From an uncultured candidatus Porisulfidus sp. (GTDB lineage Bacteria; Pseudomonadota; Gammaproteobacteria; Poriferisulfidales; Poriferisulfidaceae): a stretch of DNA of 64,000 nucleotides. The stretch covers positions 192,001 through 256,000 of the forward strand of contig CBDASZ010000002.1 of NCBI GenBank assembly GCA_965199755.1, in the 5' to 3' direction. Made by a program: the position numbers and the translations under genes. This document shows, one piece after another, positions 59,337 to 64,000 of the stretch (the first letter of the stretch is position 1; each line of letters opens with the position of its first letter). The notes beneath the pieces are model-generated. The model had not been told where the DNA came from. It was given only the letters and a program-made list of their open reading frames with translations, and made no database searches.

Positions 59337-60020
59337 TCAGGATTCCGGCTGCTGCTCAGAATCCTCTGTATCCGCGTCGGCCTCTCCCTCGACTTCCTCG
59401 CCCTCTGGCTCCTCGACTTCCTCTTCCTCGATGATCTGTTCGCGGCGCTCGTTGATGATGACAATCGCGTGATCATGCCCGTGCATCAACTCCGTCAATT
59501 CCACGCCGTCGGGCAACTCCACAGATGACAAGTGCACTGGCTCACCGATGTGCAGGTGTGAGACGTCCACTTCGATGTATTCCGGGAGATCCGCCGGCAA
59601 GCAGTTCACCTCGATTTCAGTCATCAGGTGGCTAAAGATACCGCTTTGCTCCTTGATGCCGGGTGCCTCTTCCTCGCCCATGAAATGGAACGGTACCGTG
59701 ATGTGAATCTTCTCGTCCTGGCGAATGCGCTGCATGTCCAGATGCAACACGATGTCGGAGCGCACCGGATGACGCTGTATGCCGCGCAGAATGACTTTCT
59801 GCTTCTTGCCATCCACGCTCAGGCTCAGAATGTGCGAGTAAAACGCCTCCTGTTCCAGGTGGCGCATCAGTTCTCTGCCATCCAGCGTGATCGATACGGT
59901 CTCACGGCCAGCGCCATAAACCACGCCGGGTATCTGGCCATTGCGGCGCATGCGCCGTACGGCGACGGATCCGGTTTCCGTGCGCGATTGCGCGGACAGG
60001 CTAAAATCAAGGTCGCTCAT
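59337..60020 (-). CDS. rplY: 50S ribosomal protein L25/Ctc (long form)
   Basis: IPGVVYG, QRHP, HLD, LPEYIEVDVS, acidic tail. Confidence 0.96.
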   Translation of the reverse strand: MSDLDFSLSAQSRTETGSVAVRRMRRNGQIPGVVYGAGRETVSITLDGRELMRHLEQEAFYSHILSLSVDGKKQKVILRGIQRHPVRSDIVLHLDMQRIRQDEKIHITVPFHFMGEEEAPGIKEQSGIFSHLMTEIEVNCLPADLPEYIEVDVSHLHIGEPVHLSSVELPDGVELTELMHGHDHAIVIINERREQIIEEEEVEEPEGEEVEGEADADTEDSEQQPES

Positions 60021-60120
60021 GGACGGGTGCAGGGTCTCCCCCGTTGTGTTCGGGCGGGTATTATTCGGAAAAGCGCGCCAAAGGTCAAGTCTGAGGGTCG
60101 CGAGGGTCGGCGCAAACCTG

Positions 60121-60149
60121 TTTAGACAAGGTCTAAATTATGCTATACT
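60121..60149 (+). promoter_or_regulatory. 7-3-7 palindromic operator plus extended -10 upstream of rubrerythrin
   Basis: TTTAGAC-AAG-GTCTAAA (60121-60137) and TGcTATACT (60141-60149). Confidence 0.7.
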
Positions 60150-60209
60150 AACATTCTAGTCGGCGAATACGCCGAACTTTTCTGACTGCATGTTACAAGG
60201 AGAAACACC

Positions 60210-60632
60210 ATGTCGACACTAAAAGGAAGCCGCACCGAACAAAACCTGAAGGATGCGTTCTCCGGCGAATCACAAGCGAACCGGCGTTATCTCTACTTCG
60301 CCTCCAAGGCTGACGTAGAAGGATACAACGATGTCTCCGCCGTGTTCCGTTCCACTGCCGAAGGCGAAACCGGCCACGCGCACGGTCATCTCGAATACCT
60401 TGAAGACTGCGGCGATCCGGCGACCGGCCTGCCGATCGGCAACACCGAAAGCAACCTGAAAGCCGCCATCGCAGGCGAGACCCACGAATACACGGACATG
60501 TATCCGGGTATGGCGAAAGCCGCGCGTGAGGAAGGTTTCGATGAGATTGCGGACTGGTTCGAGACGCTGGCGCGCGCCGAGCGCTCTCATGCCAATCGCT
60601 TTCAGAAATCTCTGGACACACTCGACGGCTGA
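60210..60632 (+). CDS. rubrerythrin (short, no rubredoxin domain)
   Basis: [37 protein letters not shown]. Confidence 0.96.
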   Translation: MSTLKGSRTEQNLKDAFSGESQANRRYLYFASKADVEGYNDVSAVFRSTAEGETGHAHGHLEYLEDCGDPATGLPIGNTESNLKAAIAGETHEYTDMYPGMAKAAREEGFDEIADWFETLARAERSHANRFQKSLDTLDG

Positions 60633-60698
60633 GCAAGGATTGAATCGGGTCCGGGGCGCACGGGCGGCCTGGGCTCGCGTTCACTATATATTCTGACA

Positions 60699-62054
60699 AT
60701 GGCCCCTGACACTGCTGCTCAAGAACAGGGTCTGGAGGCGCCCACGCGCCATGTTTTAAACTGGAAAGATCCGCAATTCACGGATCCGGACGCGCTCAAT
60801 GCAGAACTGGAGCGCGTGTTTGACATCTGTAGCGGCTGCCGTCGCTGCATCAATCTCTGCAACGCATTCCCCACCCTGTTTGACCTGATCGACAACTCGG
60901 AGACCTTCGAGATTGACGGCGTCGCCAAAGAGGACTACGGCAAGGTCGTAGCAGAATGCTACATATGCGATCTGTGCTTTAGCACCAAATGTCCGTATGT
61001 GCCGCCGCACTCATGGAATCTGGATTTTCCTCATTTGATGCTGCGTGCCAAACACGCCAAATTCAAGAGCGAAAAACCAAGCTGGAACGAGCGCCTGCTG
61101 TCCGCAACCGACGGCATCGGCAAATTTTATGGCATCCCGATCATTGCGCAAACCACCAACTTCGTCTTCGGAAACAAGACCCTGCGCCGCATACTGGAAC
61201 CCGTCACCCAGATTCATCGCGATGCCCCTACTCCGCGCATCGTGCCGAGGCCTAAACACGCCCGCGCCGTCCACAAGGAGCTACGCCCCTCCAAGACCGG
61301 CCCTGTGCTTCTGGAGGATCAAACCAGTGAACACCACGTGCTACTGTTCGCCACTTGCTACATCAATCAAAATGAACCGCAGATACTCGATGACATGATC
61401 GCCATCCTCAGGCACAACAATGTCAGCGTGCACATGGCCGAGCAGGAAGCCTGCTGTGGCATGCCGAGAATGGAATTTGGCAACTTCGAGAAGGTTGAGA
61501 AGCAAAAGAACAAAAACATCCCACACCTGAAAGCCGCAGTGGACCAGGGCTTCGATATCCTCGCCGCAATCCCTTCCTGCGTAATGATGTTCCGCAAGGA
61601 AATGCCACTGCTGTTCCCGGACGACCCCGACATCAAGGCCGTCGCCAAACATGTCATGGGGCCGTTCGAATACTTCAAGCGTCTGCATGACGCCGGACAC
61701 CTCAACACCGAATTTCCGCACTCTCTTGGAAAACTGGTGCTACATTCCTCCTGCCATCAGCGCGTCCAGATGGTGGGACATCCCGTCAGCGACATTTTCG
61801 AGCTGGTCCCGGACACCAATGTCACCACCATTGAGCGCTGTTCAGGGCATGACGGCACGTATGCCGTCAAGCGGGACACCTACCAAAAAGCGTGCAAGAT
61901 CGGCCGCCCGATAGCGCGCCATATCGACACCATCAAACCCGACCATTACGGTAGCGACTGCCCCTTGGCCTCCCAGCATATCGGCCATCTCTCCAACCTC
62001 GAAATCCACTCCGAACACCCTCTCCGGTTGCTGCGCAACGCCTATGGCATCTGA
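60699..62054 (+). CDS. rubrerythrin-associated Fe-S oxidoreductase (GlpC/HdrD-like)
   Basis: CSGCRRCINLC, CYICDLC...KCP, CCG domains. Confidence 0.9.
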   Translation: MAPDTAAQEQGLEAPTRHVLNWKDPQFTDPDALNAELERVFDICSGCRRCINLCNAFPTLFDLIDNSETFEIDGVAKEDYGKVVAECYICDLCFSTKCPYVPPHSWNLDFPHLMLRAKHAKFKSEKPSWNERLLSATDGIGKFYGIPIIAQTTNFVFGNKTLRRILEPVTQIHRDAPTPRIVPRPKHARAVHKELRPSKTGPVLLEDQTSEHHVLLFATCYINQNEPQILDDMIAILRHNNVSVHMAEQEACCGMPRMEFGNFEKVEKQKNKNIPHLKAAVDQGFDILAAIPSCVMMFRKEMPLLFPDDPDIKAVAKHVMGPFEYFKRLHDAGHLNTEFPHSLGKLVLHSSCHQRVQMVGHPVSDIFELVPDTNVTTIERCSGHDGTYAVKRDTYQKACKIGRPIARHIDTIKPDHYGSDCPLASQHIGHLSNLEIHSEHPLRLLRNAYGI

Positions 62055-62637
62055 GCACAAAATCAGCCGTGCCGATCTGCTGACGCTGGAAGCCTACTCC
62101 GAACAGCGCGCCGAATGGCGCTCTAAAGTCATGGCGCACAAGAAACTTCGGGTGATTGCACTGGGCGATGATGCGCGACTGTATTTCGAGGATCGCATCA
62201 CCATGCAGTATCAGATCCAGGAAATGCTCCGGGTGGAGAAAATCTTTGAAGCGGAAGGCATTCAGGACGAACTGGAGGTCTACAACGAACTGATCCCGGA
62301 CGGCACCAACCTGAAGGCGACCTTTATGCTGGAGTATGACGATATCGAACAGCGCCGCCGTGAACTGGCGCGGCTGACTGGCATTGAGGATACCCTGTGG
62401 GCGCAAGTCGGAGAAGAGGCGCGCATTTATGCGATTGCCAATGAAGATCTGGAGCGCTCAACCGATGAGAAAACCTCCTCCGTGCACTTCGTGCGCTTTG
62501 AGTTCCCCGACGAGCAGATTCACGCCTTGAAGGAAGGTGCCGAGTTGCGCTTCGGCATCGAACACGAACACTACCCGCACAGCAGCGAGACGCTGCCTGA
62601 AGCGGTTCGTCAGTCGCTGGTTTCGGATTTCGATTGA
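62044..62637 (+). CDS. DUF3501 family protein
   Basis: YQIQEMLRVE, YNELIP, KTSSVHFVRF; third gene of the rubrerythrin cluster. Confidence 0.88.
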   Translation: MASEHKISRADLLTLEAYSEQRAEWRSKVMAHKKLRVIALGDDARLYFEDRITMQYQIQEMLRVEKIFEAEGIQDELEVYNELIPDGTNLKATFMLEYDDIEQRRRELARLTGIEDTLWAQVGEEARIYAIANEDLERSTDEKTSSVHFVRFEFPDEQIHALKEGAELRFGIEHEHYPHSSETLPEAVRQSLVSDFD

Positions 62638-63467
62638 GGCGGACGGCGCGGCGGCGCGTCGTAGACCACAGCCTCCGTCAGGTTGTAGACCAGAAAAGCG
62701 CGCCCTTTCGCCCGCGCGATCATCACCACGCCCAGATCGGCCGCCAGTTCCACTCCCATACTGGTCACCCCGGAGCGCGACAGCAACACCGGAATGCCCA
62801 TCCCGGCCGCCTTCATCACAATCTCCGAAGTCAGACGTCCAGTGGTGTAAAAAATCTTGTCCGCGCCTTCCACGCCCTGCAACCACATGCGCCCGGCGAT
62901 CGTGTCGGCCGCGTTGTGCCGCCCGACATCCTCCACAAACATCAGAATCTCCTCACCGCGACATAGCGCACAGCCGTGCACCGCGCCGGACTGCTTGTAG
63001 ATCTGATTGGAACTCGCGATCACTTCAAGCAGGCGATAAATCAAGGACTGGCGCACTTCAACCTGCGGCAGCTGCTGGTCATACAGATGATCCAGCGTGC
63101 AACTAAACACCGTGCCCTGCCCGCAGCCGGTAGTGACGGTGCGCCCGGACAGTTTCGCCTCCAGATCCTCAATGCCGCGCCCCGGCTGCATGGTCACATC
63201 CACCGCCTCACGCTCCCAGTCCACCCGAATGGAGGCGACATCCTCCATGCGCGCCACCAGCCGCTGATTGCGCAAATACCCCAGCGCCAGTTCTTCAGGG
63301 AACATGCCCAGCGTCATCAGCGACACAATCTCGCGTTCGTCCACCCGCAGGGTCAAGGGCCGCTCACCGGCCACCCGAACGGTGCGCGCATCGCCGTACT
63401 GATCGCGGACCTCGACTTCCTGAGTCGGCTCCAGACCTTCGGCACTCAGCTGCGGCTCAGTGCTCAT
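62610..63467 (-). CDS. fdhD: formate dehydrogenase accessory sulfurtransferase
   Basis: TTGCGQG, GAVHGCAL, EDVGRHNA.D, TTGRLTSE. Confidence 0.94.
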   Translation of the reverse strand: MSTEPQLSAEGLEPTQEVEVRDQYGDARTVRVAGERPLTLRVDEREIVSLMTLGMFPEELALGYLRNQRLVARMEDVASIRVDWEREAVDVTMQPGRGIEDLEAKLSGRTVTTGCGQGTVFSCTLDHLYDQQLPQVEVRQSLIYRLLEVIASSNQIYKQSGAVHGCALCRGEEILMFVEDVGRHNAADTIAGRMWLQGVEGADKIFYTTGRLTSEIVMKAAGMGIPVLLSRSGVTSMGVELAADLGVVMIARAKGRAFLVYNLTEAVVYDAPPRRPPQSKSETSD

Positions 63468-64000
63468 GCGGCGACTCCTTCTCCTCAGGGGCAGGCTCCC
63501 GCCGCGGGTAGATGCGTACGGTGCGCACCGAGGTGCCGTCCAGTTTCACGACTTCCATGGGATAACGGTTGAGCATCAGGCACATGCCAGCGGCCGGAAT
63601 CTCCTCGAGATGCTCCAGAATCAATCCGTTCAGGGTGCGCGGGCCCTCCAAAGGAAAGCTGCTGTTCAACTGACCGTTCAATTCGCGCACACTGATGCTG
63701 GCGTCCACCATCATACTGCCGTCCTCCAGTACCTTGTACACATCCAGATCATACTGTCCCGGGTCCAGAGCGATGGTGCCGATCACCGACTCCAGAATAT
63801 CCTCCAGCGTCACCAGCCCCAGAACGTCACCGTATTCACTGATCACCAGACCCATGCGGCGCTTGTGCTGCTGAAAATTGTACAACTGCTCATGCAGGCG
63901 AATGCCATCAGGAATGAAGTACGGATCGCGCATGGTCTCGCGGATGAGATCGGCCGTCAGGTCCTCGTCCAGAATGTGCGGCAGCACCTTGCGCCAGTGC
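63457..64000 (-). CDS. HlyC/CorC (CNNM) family transporter, C-terminal part
   Basis: PYFIP, EYGDVLGLVTLEDILE, GPRTLNGLILE; reading frame continues past the window edge. Confidence 0.9.
   Translation of the reverse strand, partial: HWRKVLPHILDEDLTADLIRETMRDPYFIPDGIRLHEQLYNFQQHKRRMGLVISEYGDVLGLVTLEDILESVIGTIALDPGQYDLDVYKVLEDGSMMVDASISVRELNGQLNSSFPLEGPRTLNGLILEHLEEIPAAGMCLMLNRYPMEVVKLDGTSVRTVRIYPRREPAPEEKESPHEH

Noticed and set aside
1-64000. CRISPR array or tandem repeat array
   Set aside because: No regularly spaced direct repeats seen in any intergenic region, and no cas genes

Overview
This is a GC-rich (about 60% by eye) gammaproteobacterial chromosome segment. The core is housekeeping genes: rpiA, his/aro/mur genes, purC, recR-dnaX, rimP-nusA-infB-rbfA-truB, cmoAB, petABC-sspAB and rplY-pth-ychF. 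Many canonical operons are broken or reshuffled, and several gene relics are present: an internally deleted dinF, an internally deleted C5-methyltransferase, an ISL3 fragment and a possible IscB fragment. Three accessory modules stand out. (1) 19.6-26.6 kb: a formylmethanofuran dehydrogenase/formyltransferase operon (fwdD-fwdB-fwdA-ftr-fwdC). Its B subunit keeps the 4Fe-4S and Mo/W-ligand motifs that methylotroph FhcB has lost, and it is followed by a 7Fe-type ferredoxin and an FprA-type NADP(H) ferredoxin reductase instead of FwdF/G. (2) 48.5-57.6 kb: an 11-gene chimeric type IV filament locus with an ICE-type PilL, a lipoprotein secretin, a PilB/GspE-type ATPase and three class III prepilins including a PilV-like tip. 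No conjugation, retraction or prepilin peptidase genes lie nearby. (3) 60.1-62.6 kb: rubrerythrin, an Fe-S oxidoreductase and DUF3501, behind a perfect 7-3-7 Irr/PerR-like operator. No tRNA, rRNA or CRISPR array was recognised. All product calls come from motif recognition by eye, not database searches.
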